Notes under the pieces: generated by a model
What the model saw: only the letters and a program-made list of their open reading frames with translations
The model's database searches: none
Told to the model about the DNA's origin: nothing
Origin: Guillardia theta CCMP2712
Taxonomy: Eukaryota > Protista > Cryptophyta
DNA length: 64,000 nucleotides
Assembly: GCF_000315625.1 (NCBI RefSeq)
Contig: NW_005434631.1
Span: 186,001 to 250,000 of the forward strand
Direction: 5' to 3'
Part shown: piece by piece, positions 13,898 through 27,700 of the stretch
Position numbering within the stretch: position 1 is the first letter of the stretch
Layout of the letters: each line of letters starts with the position of its first letter
Position numbers and translations under genes: made by a program

Positions 13898-16800
13898 CTA
13901 TCCTCCCTCCCTACCGCTTGTACCGCCCGGACGCAAGAATCTGCCATGGAGGGTGAGCGACTTGGCTGTCAACCCTCTACCTCCTACCATGGATGCGAAG
14001 TGATTGACGACACTCTTGTTGGACAGCAAGTCTTCGATGTGCCAGCTCGCCCGCCACCTCCACAAGTGGTCGGTCCCCGGGAAGTTGATCTGATCGCTCT
14101 GCGACAAGTTAGCACAGGGGCGAAGGAGACAGACGAAAGCAAGGAAAAGAACAAGGCGGAATTGGGAAGGGGCCCAGGAGGAGGAGGAGTGTAGAATAGG
14201 AGGATCAGGCCCTCGCCTTGGGATCCTTCGTCACCGTGGCGGCGCAAGTATCCAGAAGGTCTTGCAGGGGAAGGACCGCGAGCTGTCAGGCATGTCAGCC
14301 TACGCATCGCCTCTTATCTCAGCCATCACAATCGAAGGGCTTGCAAGGATCGACTGCACGATTTGCTTGGCAACAGGGGGTGAGCACTTGAGAGGAGCTG
14401 GCCCGGTGCAGCCAAAGCTCCTCCACATCTCATCGCGGCTGCTAGCTGGGAGAGAATCCCACCAGCTGGAAAAAAATGTCAAACATACGTCGAAGCAAGG
14501 AGAGCGAAAGGTAGGAGCAGGACGAGAGCACAAGAGAGCGGGAGGACGCAGCGTACCAAGCGAGAGTGGACATGTCGTGAGTCGACGTGGAGGCAACAGA
14601 CAGGTAGGGATACTCCGACGTTGGGCCTCCAGTGACGCGAGGAATCCTCAGCCCCTGCTCTCTGTCACTCGATGAGAAAAGCGCGAAGATCTTCGAACCG
14701 GTATTGACATGTCGGAGAGAACACGAGGAAGGCACGCCGGTCCAGGTCCCATATCTTCACCGCATAGCAGCATGTTTGACGCAGCCTGCTCCTCGTCAGG
14801 AGACGGAAGGAAGCTATTTCAGTATCTCCAAACCAGCAGGTGGCGGAGGCTTTCCCTTGCTGTGGCTTCACATAGATCCTCCTGCAAATTGATCAACATC
14901 GCCAACTTTCGCTTCACGGAATCGAGTCGTGTACCTGCCTCCAGGAGAAATACGCATCATGCAGCTCCTTGAGCTTGATCTGACAGCAGAAACTAAGGAC
15001 AACACACCCCAGCATCCAACTCTATTCTTTAATCCTGACCTGCCAATCATGCCCCAGCTCCGCGAATGAGTCGGTATCCCACATCCTGGGTCCAAACTCA
15101 GACACTGGAGAGCTCAATCAGGAATCTTACTTGTATCGAGGGTAGAAACGATCGTCTGGGAATTTCTCATCCCTTATGAGACATCTGTCATCAACAGTGA
15201 GGAGGTCTGGCACAAGGAAACGGTAGAGACAATGCACCGATCGTTCAAAAACAAGATGAGTGCGTGCAGAACAGCCTGTCTCGTCATCCCCTGCACTTGG
15301 ACAGGGTCTCTCTCCTAGTACATCACGTCACCAGAAGGACGAATATTAGTAGGAGAACACAGACTCACCATCGCATCCTGAAGTGCCTTCTCTGTGTCAA
15401 GGCCAGGCTTGAAGCTATAGGTTCCTATCCATTTACGTCAGTGTCGTTGTGTCATGATCAAGACCGAGCAAGATACCATGTAGCCCTTGCGAGAAGAAGC
15501 GACGCACAACATTTTCCCAGTCTTTGCCGAACCTGAAAGAAGGAGAGAAGGGCAAGAAATTATGACAAGTTCACAAAAACAAACATCACAAAGAGATGGA
15601 TGCTTTGATACCTTCGTTCCAACAGATGCGATCGAACGTACGGCTGAGTCAAGCGCTGCCTATCCCATAAACCCTACAAACAGAGCTTGAGTCCGGTATT
15701 GATACTCAATTGCTATGAGACCTTAGAGTCCAACTCTTCCTTCGTGATGGGGTGGCTGGGACTGTCACAAAGAGTAAGGCAAGCATGCCCAGACGGTTGA
15801 AGGGCCATTACAAGTAATGTCCTCCGAGCCCAGTCACTGCATGAGCTGGTAGATCCCAGAAACGGAAGAATCCCAATATGTGGTCTGAAAGCATTATCAG
15901 GACATCAAAATTCCAGCAAGGATTTCAGTCACCAAGGCGGACAGAGTGGAAGTACATGTTCATGCTCCTGTGCATTGCGGTGAGTTGCATGCCATCACTA
16001 TTTCGTGCCTGCACCGCAGTCTCGCTCTCCACCAAGAAAATCCATCCCTCATCATCTTTTCCCAGTCATAAGCCGGGAAGTTCCAGTTCTGCGGTACACA
16101 GATTGAGTCTCGATCTCAAGTCTTGTAAACAGATTTCGACCTGCCCCAACTCTGTGAAGGCATCTGGCGGTGCTCCCATCCGCTTGTCTAATCTGAATAA
16201 TTCTACAGATAAGGAAATCAGTCCGAAGGCAAAGACAATTCTATTTGTCCTGATACCTGGCCTTGACCAAATATCCACACCATTTCGAGAAACACCAATC
16301 GGCAAATCGCCTATCAAGGCTACCCCTTTCTTCGCAGCATATCTGCAACAATCGTGAACGTGTGCAATAAGCTACACAAATCTCAATTCGACCGGCTTGC
16401 GTCCAAGAATTGCTTGTGCAAGTGATATTGAACCCAATACCAATATCTGACAATTGGGTCAGGTAAACTAAGATACTCATGGACAGAATGATCTACCTGC
16501 AAGCGTTGTACTTGTTTCCTCCTGGACTTGAAAGAGCATCCATCTAGAATACAAAATCACTCACTTCAACTATCGAAAGATCGAAATCATCAACCTGTGC
16601 AAATGATAGCCTGCCCATCTCGCCCCATTGTGATGGATCACTCACACCATACATGTCCCTTGTTGTGCGTCAATACAGCTACATACCAATTTGAGCAGGC
16701 AAAACCTCAGAACACAATATAGCGCATAGGGTTTGAGCCAGTATCCCTGGAATTGCAAGGTGACATCCCATCCATTGATGTATGGATCTAGATTTAAATC

Positions 16801-19461
16801 GGTCACCTGATCCAACACAAAGTCTGCGAATTCTTCAGACTCCACAACTCTCTTTCCAGAAGCTTCATAGGCCATTCGTAGGAGGCGAAGTTTGGCTGTC
16901 ATAACCTTCTCATAGTCCAGCGGCTCGCTGGAGGTATATATCAGTCAGGTAGTCATTCTAGTGTATGTAGAAATACAGCAATGTCGATCCGCAACTCTCG
17001 TCCACAACTGTCTGATTGCTGCCCTCATTCATTGACTTGACGGTATCTTGTATTTCCCGCAAGACTGTAAAACGCAAGATTTTAAATGCATGTTCTCGGC
17101 GGCCAATAAATCATCACCATCCAAAGGAAGATCTGGCAAGCTCTGAAGCCTCAGATACAACGGATGTAATGCATGCACAGAGACGGAGGAATACGGCGAG
17201 CTGAAAACACTGCTTCAGCACAGGACATCAGCTTTTGCACGACACAACAACCTGTCCTCCCAGGTAGCATGTGCGTGCGCAGTGGTATCTGTCAAAGGAA
17301 GCAGTTGCACAGAGTTGAGCCCAACCTATTAGCATCGTGTCATGCAAAAATCATGGGAGCAAATGATCACTTTGTCGCAGAAATCCACGAGCAACTTGAT
17401 GTCTTCAAACTCTCCAGTTCCCATTCCACTGCACAGATACATCTCAATCAGCCACCGTCTAAGCAACAAAAGCGGGAATATCGACCTTCGTGACCGTAGG
17501 GAGAAGAGTGGAAGACTGACTCCTGTTCCCCGAAAGCGGTCTGCCTTTTCAACAGGCCATCTAAATCAAGTATCTCAACGAAATGCATATGTTGGAAACA
17601 CTCATTACCGATCGGTTGTAGCTTCATCCCGCACTGATACAACGTACTTGCTATTTCGAATACCCTCCTGTTGAATCAAAATCACTCAGCCTCTCGGTTG
17701 CCGTGCAGATAAGCATCAAAGACCTGCTGCAATATCCCAACTGGGCGACCAAGCCACCGAGGAGCTCCAGATTCTCTGTAGTATTTGTATAGATCACGAA
17801 TCGAGAGCTTGACCCAGCAATCTCAGCATCATACCTATCCACTATTTCTCCGTTGGTAAGATTGACCACGACATATTTGTACTGCAAAACATTCAGAAAC
17901 AAGCAACAATCAAAGAGACTGATGACACCTGTGCAGGAAGAAGCTGGGTAGGGGCTTCAAGATCAAGTTCCCACGACTACAGGACAATTCAGTATGGGGC
18001 CAAATTGAAAGAATATATGCATACGGGAAATCTTGCACATGACATGACAGCGACATCCTTTAGAAGTGCCTGACACGAAATCTGGTCAGGAAAATTGTGT
18101 CCGCTTCAGTGCGAACGGTTACCGCACTCTCTACAGCCATCGCACAACCCAATGGAACTCTTGTCCGCTCAACATTCAAATGAAAATTTGTGATTGCAGC
18201 CTTCACAAGCAAAATTTACGAAGATCAATCACAAAGACCGCAGGAATACCCTCTTCTCCCCGTCTTGAGGCTCAGCATGTTTCATCACATCCGCAGCATG
18301 TTTGACCTGCAGACATTTTGAACAAATGTTCAACCAGGACGGTGTAAGAGATACGACCTTCCCATCTAAAATTGCCTCTTCTACGGCATCCAACCGGCCC
18401 TGACCATAAACCACTTGTGCAATGGCATCTGCCAAAAAGTCAAAACAGTTGTACTCAATATTTCCCCAAGTACCTGTCCTGAGCACCCAGTCTTCTCCGT
18501 TTTGGCGACTCACACGCCATTGATCTCGAACCTAGCAGGTTATAAGGATTCGAATCAATATTCCAATAGATGTAACCTCAAGCTGCATTGGTTCTTGACG
18601 GCTGGCAGCCTGCAGAAAACCAATATTTGAATATTTGAATGTAGAGAATCGATCTGGTTCGTTACCTCAGACAGCGACGACGAAGAGCCAGCACTGCCCA
18701 CGGCTAACAAGCCCCTCCTCCTATAACAATTGAGCATCAGAAACAATAACTGATCAAAAAAGTTTTGCAATTCATTGCCTGTTGGAGCTCTGTCTCACTA
18801 AGTCATCGATATCGAGGTATCTGCCATAACGAATCCCCCCTTCGACAAGTGGCTCGCCTTTCTCTCGGACTAGTGCATAGCGATAAGATAGTCCAGTTGG
18901 GGCAGGATGCATTACAGTGACGTATTCCCAATCCCCGTTCGCAATGTAGCGCATAACTTTGCCTTTGCCCATCGCAATGGCTCTTCTTGTCTCTGCTTCC
19001 GAAGGATTTGATATTCCACCCAGCTCATCTGTCGAGCCAACGATGATTACATTTTCTCCCCATCTTGTAGAGTAATTGATTCGAAATTTCACTGCAATCT
19101 TCATCCCTGTCGTGATGGGGCGGTTTCCTGGCACAGAAGACATCACTCTCATTTTTGAAGAAACATCCAGCAGTGTAGAATCCGTTTCACTCCCGGTGGA
19201 ATCTCCCACACCCGACTCGCTTCGAGCTCTCGGAGTTTTAGATACAGCAAGATCTCCGCCACGTATTGTCAGTCTTAGCTGCATGTCCATTGGATCTTCT
19301 GGGGTTCTACTTCTCGCCGGCGATGGCTCCCTTGATGGTGCGGATGGAATCGTTGGACCAAGCAAAGGTGCAATGCAAGGAAAAGTAATGCAGTCTGTGA
19401 CTGATATTGTTGTAGATAGAATCAGTATCGTCACCAACACGAGCCGACGTATGTCAAACAT
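13898..19461 (-). CDS. DPE2: 4-alpha-glucanotransferase, DPE2-type (CBM20 + GH77), many short introns, N-terminal signal peptide
   Basis: CBM20: VKFRINYSTRWGENVIIVGS..YRYALV. GH77 motifs: GMHLLQLLPLTDT, PYSSVSVHALHP, IGDLPIGVSRNGVDIW, MGAPPDAFTELGQ, DHILGFFRFWDLP, CGEDMG, STHDMSTL and INFPGTDHLWRWR. Confidence 0.88.
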
Positions 19462-21494
19462 CCTGGGAATTCTATAGTGGGTCATATTCCCAGAAATAAA
19501 GACAGGTTTCACGGTTAGAAGCATTAATGTCCCGGGAATCGAGTGCATACACTGTTTGAGGTAATTAGAGAGATATCTTGAACGGAATGGAGCCGATTAA
19601 ACTCCTGCATCCCGGCCAAATTCTCGTGAACGAGAGAATGTCCTCTACAACCGAAGCATGGCACTGAGATGCCAAGTCGTCCTCGTGGATGTTGAGTTCC
19701 AACAATGAATCTTTGCAGGAGTATTTATACCGATTTGAATCAACACAATCAGTTGAAACTCGTGCCTATATTCTTGGGCTTTGCCTGCATCAAACGGATC
19801 AATGAATGAAAACAGAGGCATCAAACACCAGTAATATCTTTCATGTTGAAGGCATCAAGCATGGCCAACAAATGGCTTCTAAAGCAGCAGACTTTCGTAC
19901 ATATAGATATAGATGAAAAGATGCAATCAATGGATTAATCACTGCTTGTGTACTGGCAGTGTGGTCCTAAACTGATGCTCTGGAATTCATGAAAGTCATG
20001 GTCCGCTCATAAGAGAGTAAGCTTGCCGACTCTACTCACAATACAAATGTCAACAAACCATCATATACTCCAGTTTCAAATCTATTGCTATCGATGCACA
20101 GGAGAGTCCGGAGATCGTGCTCTCCTGACTCATGTTACATATGATCATCTACATGGGCACTGAAGCTCTCTTCACTCCAATAGCAACCAGAACCAAAGAA
20201 ACACACCCTATAACTGATTTTTCGCACAAGCAACATCACTTCAAACAACATCATGGAATGTTTGTCTCTTTCTGTTGTCTTTCTGCATGCTTTGCTGCAT
20301 GTGCAAGCGCAATGAGGTCATCACCCCCAACGCGGCATGAAGGTTCCGCCCCACGGTTTTATCAATTTTTAAGACCCACGAATAAAGGTACTCTTGCTGG
20401 TACTAAAATTAAAATATAAATGGTTATGTTTTTTCTCTATCAAACCTCGATCTCCAGCTTACACGTACATAATTAAAATGAGATTGTTTTATAAAGTCCT
20501 CTGATCGGTATTATTCGTACCTGAATTGTACGGTGAAGGGGCGGAGCAGCTAAAAGTTTGCTAGGATCTGGTTTTATTCTTGTACGGAGTCACTTTTATA
20601 TTTGAGAGGTGGACGGTTGAAAATACCTAACAAATTGTTTTAGGCTGTTTGTAAATCTTGTTTTCAATTTGAGTACCTAGACAAGGCTAAAACAATATAA
20701 ATGTCTTTTTAGACATTTTTGAGCCTTAATAGCGGAGCCTTTAATATATAATAAGATTCTGGGGCGGACCGGGTAGAAGATGGAAATATTGTGGGGTGAT
20801 CACCACACCCCTACCCAACCATTCCGAACCCTACCCTGGATCTGTCCGATTATAGGTATAGAGTCAACCCCTTTTATATACTACCCTCTTTGGAGAATTG
20901 TTGCGTACCGGTGTTGATATACTACCCCACCTTTGACAAATGGTTGCCACTCTAAAACTTGTTGTAAGAACACGATAGATACTGATCATGTGGTACATTC
21001 TTAAAACTAATTAGCAATATTAAAAACAAATGTTTTAAGATAATCAATTCATAAAATGCTTTTATTCCGCCTTTCACTCTCTCCCAGGGGCACAAAACCT
21101 AGTCACCCTGGCGAGGTCAGTACCCCACCCATCCTTCAGTATCCTACCCCCCTTTCTTCTATCCTTTATACCCCCTTCATCCCTCCGTCAATTACCCTAC
21201 CCCAGTGATAGAATTACCCACCCTAAAATGATGACCCACCAGACTTTGTTGACATATAATAGATATAATAATGGCTTACATCGCCCGTACGATCACTTCT
21301 TTAAATGTATTATGGGCTCGCCCGACCACCCCGTACCCCGTCATAATGAATGGAGGACCCCTACCCCCAGATCTCCACACACGTTGAATGTGGTCTACCG
21401 GCTACCGTGGATGCCATTGTGATCCACCGGCTTTCGCGGCTTCAACACGTAAAAGTTCCATGGGATCATGGGACAGTTTGCGGGCACCTCGGAG

Positions 21495-21571
21495 CAGGGG
21501 CGGGGGCGGGGGCGGGGGCAGGGGCAGGGGCAGGGGCAGGGGCAGGGGCAGGGGCAGGGGCAGGGGCAGGG

Positions 21572-21605
<34 letters not shown>
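21495..21605. repeat. (GGGGCA/GGAGCA)n hexanucleotide microsatellite
   Basis: Tandem run seen directly. Confidence 0.9.
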
Positions 21606-21608
<3 letters not shown>

Positions 21609-22029
21609 GAGATTGTGGAAAGTGAGGTGTAGACCAGAAAATGATACTAGAGCAACGATTAGATCCACGACAGCAAACGACGAAACAAGAGCAGGAGACG
21701 CGAGCAAGCGCAATCGCTACAAGAAGCAATTGATCGGAACGAGGCTAACGGTAGAGAATAGGTGATGTAGAGTGCTGCAGAGGATTTGAAATTTTCCTTT
21801 GATTGCGAGACGCAAAAGGACAAGGGAACATTGGAGATTGAAGAATAGCTCCAAGAAAGGAAGAAACGATAGAAAGAAAAAACGCGCATGACTAGATTGG
21901 TTGTTAGAGCTTTGTGTGTCAATTCATCTGTCAAGTCCCGGAATTGCGTCAGTATATTGCAGTACTATGACAATTGAAATCAGGCCATTGTCGATCCGTG
22001 GACTACATTCACCAAGGGGTTCAGTTGTC

Positions 22030-22160
22030 ATGAACAGGCTCTGGCAGTCGATCAAACGCCCGGTTGGAGGCAATGTGAGTAGAAGAGAAGGAAACGGCAA
22101 GGGGGGAGGAAATCGTGTTGTGGCGGCGGCGGCGATGAATCGATGGAGATGACGATGACG

Positions 22161-22228
<68 letters not shown>

Positions 22229-24751
22229 CCTGGTATGACTCGACCTTAGTTTTCCAGATGCTTCTCAAGTGAGGTTCCAGAGATTTTTGATCGGACCGCC
22301 AAGAGAAAGCAGATGGACAGGGTGGCAAGCAGGTGCTGCCTGCTCGTTGCAAGCGGTGCGAAGATTGATCCAGCTCGGATTGTGCAGGCTGGACGAGAGG
22401 ATCAGTGGCCAACTGAGAGGGAAAGTCGCCGAGGACCTCCTTGACAGATTATGGGATACTAACAAGAAGTAGCTACCTTGACGCTTCTCTTCTCCAACCC
22501 TCCCTCTCCTCCTTCGCCCTCTTTGCCGCAAAGCCTCACTCCTCCTCACTCCGTCCTTGCAGATTTCCTGTAGCTGCCGATGTTGGATGCGCGGAAGGAT
22601 TGCTGCTGAAGAACATGTCTGGGGTGCGTTGCAGAGCAATTGCTTCACCATCGAGTGATATCGAGCGCCAGGGAGTAGGAGGAATCAGCAAATTGTACCA
22701 GTGCGATCAGTCACAGAACATGTTGATGAAATGCCGGTATTTTCAATTTTTCCTCCCCTGCTTCTCTTCTTCCTCTCCCTCCTCCTCTTCTTCCTCTCCC
22801 TCGTTTTCTTCTTCCTCTCCCTCCTCCTCTTCTTCCTCTCCCTCGTTTTCTTCTTCCTCTCCCTCCTCCTCTCGACTCCCCCTCGCTCACTGCTGTCCTC
22901 CATGTCTGTGCCTCTCCCTCCCCTGTCATCACCCTGACCTTTTCTCCGCCTGATAATCATATCTGAGTAGGAAGGGGCTTGTCAATGGGATCCATGCAAC
23001 GACAGTTCTGGCAGACAGCGAGGTCAGTCCCTTCCTTCCGCAGTCACAGAGTTGATCAACATGTCCACCTCCTCCTTCTCTCCGCTGCCCCTCCCTTCTT
23101 CACTCATTTTCGCAGTTCCTGCCGTTCTTGCCGGAAAGTCTTGACTTGGTCATGTCAAATCTCACGATGCATTGGATTAACGATCTTCCTGGTCTCTCTT
23201 CATGTCCTTCACTTTCCTCGCCTCAGTCGATTCGGATTGCAGGAACCTTGACTCAGATCCGAAGGGCACTAAGACCTGGTGGGATGCCTCCCCTCCCCTG
23301 TCCTGCCCCTTCCTCTTTCTTATTCCTGCTCGCCTCAGACGGTCTCTTCCTAGCCTCGATGCTCGGTGGCGACACTCTCATAGAGCTTCGACATGCGATC
23401 ACAGTAAGTTGCTTCCTTCAATTTCTACGGCTGATACAGATTCTTCCTTCCCTTTCTATCGACTCTCCCTTCCTCCCTCCCTCCCTCCCTCCCTCCCTCC
23501 GTCTCTCCCTCCTCCTCCTCCTCCTCCTCCTCCTCCTCCTCCTCCTCCTCCTCCCGCATCTTCGGCTTCTGTCTCTCCTCCTCGGTTTCCTCCTTCCCTT
23601 GCCTGCTCCTAATTGTTCTCCTTCCGGTTCTTCCTGACCTTCTCTCTCTACCTCTTTCTCTCCTTACCGCTGCTTCCTTCGTTTACATCAAAGGTGGCTT
23701 CCATGGAGCGAACAGGAGGACTCGGGTCACATCTTTCTCCCCTAGCGAACGTCGCGGACGTGGGCGGGTAGAGTGGAGAAAGGAGGAGAGGAGGGGAATG
23801 AGGATGGAAAGAGTGGGTGAGGAAGGTGTTTGGGTGTGTGGGAGGGAGGAGATGGGAGGCGGAAAGTTGATATGTACGTCAGCCTGCTCGGTGGGGCTGG
23901 CTTCTCTCTCACAGCCGTTGACGTTGACACCGTCACGATCATGTTTCCCGACGCCATGTCGCTCCTTTACGCACTGCAGGTTGAGGAGGAGGAGAAGGAG
24001 GAGTGATGAATTTGGATCTTGGTTGTTGACGAACAGGAGGAAGTGGAGGAGGAAGGATGGGAGAGGGAGGAGGATGGGAGGGGGGAGAGCTAGCAGTGGC
24101 GGATGACGCGGTTGGCTCAGGACATGGGGGAGAACAACGCTGTGCACGGCAGGCAGATGAGGCGACAAACGCTGATTGCAGCAGCTGCTGTGTATCAGGC
24201 GATGTATGGAAGGGAAGGAGGCGCCGTTCCTGCGACCTTCCAGGTGGAAATGGAAATTGAGGAAGGGAAGATGAGAAAAGCGGAGGGGAGGGAGAGAAAA
24301 AGGGGAAGGCACGGGAGAGAAGGGAGCGGTCGAGGTCGAGCAAGAGGTCAAGCAAGAGAGTGATGAAGCGATCGTGACAGAAGCGGGGAGAGGAGGAGGA
24401 GGAGGAGGAGGAGGAGGGGACACTGATGTGTATGTTGCAGGTGATCTATATGTCTGGTTGGGCTCCGCACGCGTCGCAGCAGAAGGCGAAGACGAGAGGA
24501 TCAGCACAGGCCTGCTCCGCCTCCTCTTGCTGCTCGGGATCTGACGGGCCAGACAGATGTCGCTGGAGGACCTCCGAGAAGTTTTGAACAAAATTGACGA
24601 CGGAAAGGGAGGAAGGGGAGGGGGAGGGGGAGGAGGAGGAGGAGGGGTTGTGGAGGGGAGGAGGAGGGGGTTGTGGAGGAGGGGGAGGAGCGGGGAGGAG
24701 CTAGAAACTGTGAGTGTACGAAGAGAATCTTGTTACGCCCTCTTCAGATGA
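22030..24751 (+). CDS. NDUFAF5: NDUFAF5 (mitochondrial complex I assembly factor, SAM-dependent arginine hydroxylase), multi-exon
   Basis: Motifs IFDRTAKRKQMDR, LLDRLWD, DVGC, SLDLVMSNLTMHWINDLPG, LRPDGLFLASMLGGDTLIELR, ERTGGLGSHLSP, VDVD, LQDMGENNA and VPATFQVIYMSGWAPHASQQK..RGSA. The 3' end is approximate. Confidence 0.92.
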
Positions 24752-27700
24752 ACTCTTTGAGATTGTATGGATGTTGAACATTTTAAGCTTGCCGGTCCTC
24801 CCGTTGCTCCCCCTCCTGTTCCTCTCGCTCCTGCTTCCTCTCCTCCTGCCGTCCCTCCCGCCCCCCCTCGTGCTCTCCCTCCTCCTGCCAATCTTCCTCC
24901 AACACAGCCTGTAAGCTTGACAGAACTTTCGACGATCGAAACAGCTCGAGGACGACGGCGTGATCGACGTCCCGCCTGATAGGAAAGAGGCACTCGACCT
25001 TGCCACCATCATCCGACTGACAGCAAGTGAGAAAGAGGAGCAGGGGAGAGAGGGATAGAGGAGGGGAAGGGAAACTGGAAGAGATGAGAGGAGAAAGAGG
25101 AATTGTAAAACAAGAGGGAGGAGGCAGGAGCATGAGCACGAGCACGAGGGTGAAGACAGGAGGAGAGAAAAGGAGAGGAGGAGCAAGAGAAATCTACCTT
25201 CCGTCTGCCGACCCGTTTCCCTCCCCATCTAGGGGAAAGGTCAAGAAGATTCAGTCTCCTCAGCTCCTTGCCGTCCTGATCAGCACCAAGGGAACGCAAT
25301 GTCTACCTCACCCCTCCTCGCACCTTCTTCGCCAGCTCCCCTTGCTGGCAGCTGACCTTGACCACGAAAGTTTTCCCGTCGGGCCTCTCCCGCATGCTGG
25401 AGCGCTGCGCCTGCTCTCTTGCTTCCCTCCTCCTCGCCTTCACCTCCTCCTTCAGCAGTGCGCGATCTTGCGAGAGCTCTTGGGGCGGCCTCAGCTTACA
25501 GAAGACGTAGCACCTGGAGACGTGGCAAGGGAGGAGAGCGGTGGTCAGGGATGAAGAGAAGAGAGCAGGTGCTGTACTTGCACATAGCGTGTCCTTTGTT
25601 GTTGAAGTTGAAGTGATCAAGAAGGGCAAGTCGGTGATTCTTCAAGATGGGAACAATCTGAAAAGAAAATGAAAGAGACTCAAAAATTGGTCTGGTAGCA
25701 TCTCAATCATCTCTATCACATCAATTCTATCATCAATGCCATTGTCGTCATTTTCATCATGTTTATCATCCTCATCTTCTTCCTCTCCATCATCATCGTT
25801 CTCATTATCGTCTCACATCCTGCTCGAACGTCTTGGTGCGGATAGTCACGACCAGGAGGATCCCGTTGACTGCGAGAGAAGAAGCCCATCGCCTTGACGA
25901 TCGACATCAGCTTCTCGTAAAACTTGCAATGATTGCAAATGCTTCACAAGACTCTTTTATGCGTCAATGCACCAACACTAGACAGAACTCAGAGATCTGA
26001 GATCAAAACCATGATCTTCGACTATCTCAAGCATCACAATAATTGAAAAGGCAACAAGACCAATAAGATCACAATCCCATCGAAGGATGCGCAGGGTGAA
26101 CTCTCAAAAGCCAAGAATTTGATCTGTCAAACAAACTCACTTGGCCCATATCGGCGTGGATTTCATCACTTGTGACCAACTCCTGTTGGAAGGAAAAGAG
26201 TCAAACTGACGGAATAAAAGGCAGAAAGACGATCAGAGACAGAGTCAGAAACAGTGACAGACGGTGGTATAAGGATGAGAGAGGAGGAAATGGATAGGGA
26301 GGAAGGGAAGGGAAGGGGAGGAAGGGAAGGAAGGGGAGGTAGGGGAGGAAGGGGAGGTAGGGGAGGAAGGGAAGGAAGCGACAGGGACAGTGAAAGAGAC
26401 AGGAAAACAGACAGACACGAGGCGAGACATAGAGACGAGACGAGACTGAGAGAGGGAGGGGGACAGGGAGACAGAGACAAAAGGAGGAGAAAGGTAGGGA
26501 GGTACCCGTGTCTGTGACCCCAGGGGGGGTCGACGATGATGATGTCCGCCCATTCGCTTTCGCAAGGCTGGAGTGAGACGTGATTACATCACTGCCCATC
26601 AACAGGCAAGGCCAGCAAGAAATGAGGAGCAGACTGATTGCTACACGACACATCAAACGAGCTCGCCTGCTCTTCGCGCAAGTCGCAAACGTGGAGATCC
26701 AGGGGGAAGTTGATGTCTATCCCGGTCGTCAGCTTTTCAAGAGTTTCAGGAAGTTTAAACTTTCACCATCAGCCAACCACGTCAGGTTCCCCTTGGCAAC
26801 GTCGATCGAGACTTGTTCGGCGTCACATCCAATCACTTCCTGGCAGACATCGCCATCATGGCTTCGATGAAGAGGGGAGATCAGTGTGCTTGACGGTCCT
26901 TACCAGCCCGAACTTGAGCTTGTTAGCGACGACTGCAGTTGCGCAAAGGAACGTCCCAACCCCGCACATCGGATCTAGAATGTGAACATCTCTCTTTCTG
27001 CCATGTTTCTCTGTCGCTCCTCTTCCGCTCCCGTCGTGTCTCTTGTGTGACTTGACACTATCCAGCATCCTGAACTTTGCCAGAGCAACCCATGCCATGC
27101 AGAAAGCAACAGAGTCGTCAGCACGGGATCGAACGTCACCCTAGCAAGGGCACACCAAGATCAGTCGCTCCCATAGCTCCTCCCTCCCTCTTCTCCACCT
27201 TCCGCACGTCGAGATGCCGACAGCGGCACTGAGGGCTCATCCTCCCCATGCACACCATCGTCTTACCGACCCAAACAAAGATCTCCTTCTCAAAGTCCGT
27301 CAGCGAGACCTGTCTACCTCTCAGCTCTTAAAACTTCCGGTCATGCTACCCTAGGAAGCGATGATAGCCGCTTCGCTATGGCGTCCCCCACCATGTGCTC
27401 CACCTGCGCGAGCAGCAGCAGCCGTGACTCACAAGCATGCTCGAGCACACCAGTACCTCTGGGTGTGTGAAATCGTGCGCCGCATCATACCCACGGGCTG
27501 CAGAGACCCTCCATGGCGATGAAGCTTCGCCGTCATGCAAGAAAGCATCGATCTCTTCGATGTTTGCTGCAACCTGTGTGCAAGCATCAAAATCATTTCT
27601 TTGTTATCAGACACAATGAAAGAGAACCAAATTATCCACAGCGTCTTCTAGAGCCTCTCTGCACATGTTTGGGACCAAGAGGACACTATCGAAATTCCCT

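Noticed and set aside
19566-20260. Possible small minus-strand gene, including an MsrA-like FFGSGCYWSEESF string
   Set aside because: No further MsrA motifs (GY.GG, H.E) follow, and I could not build a consistent exon chain.
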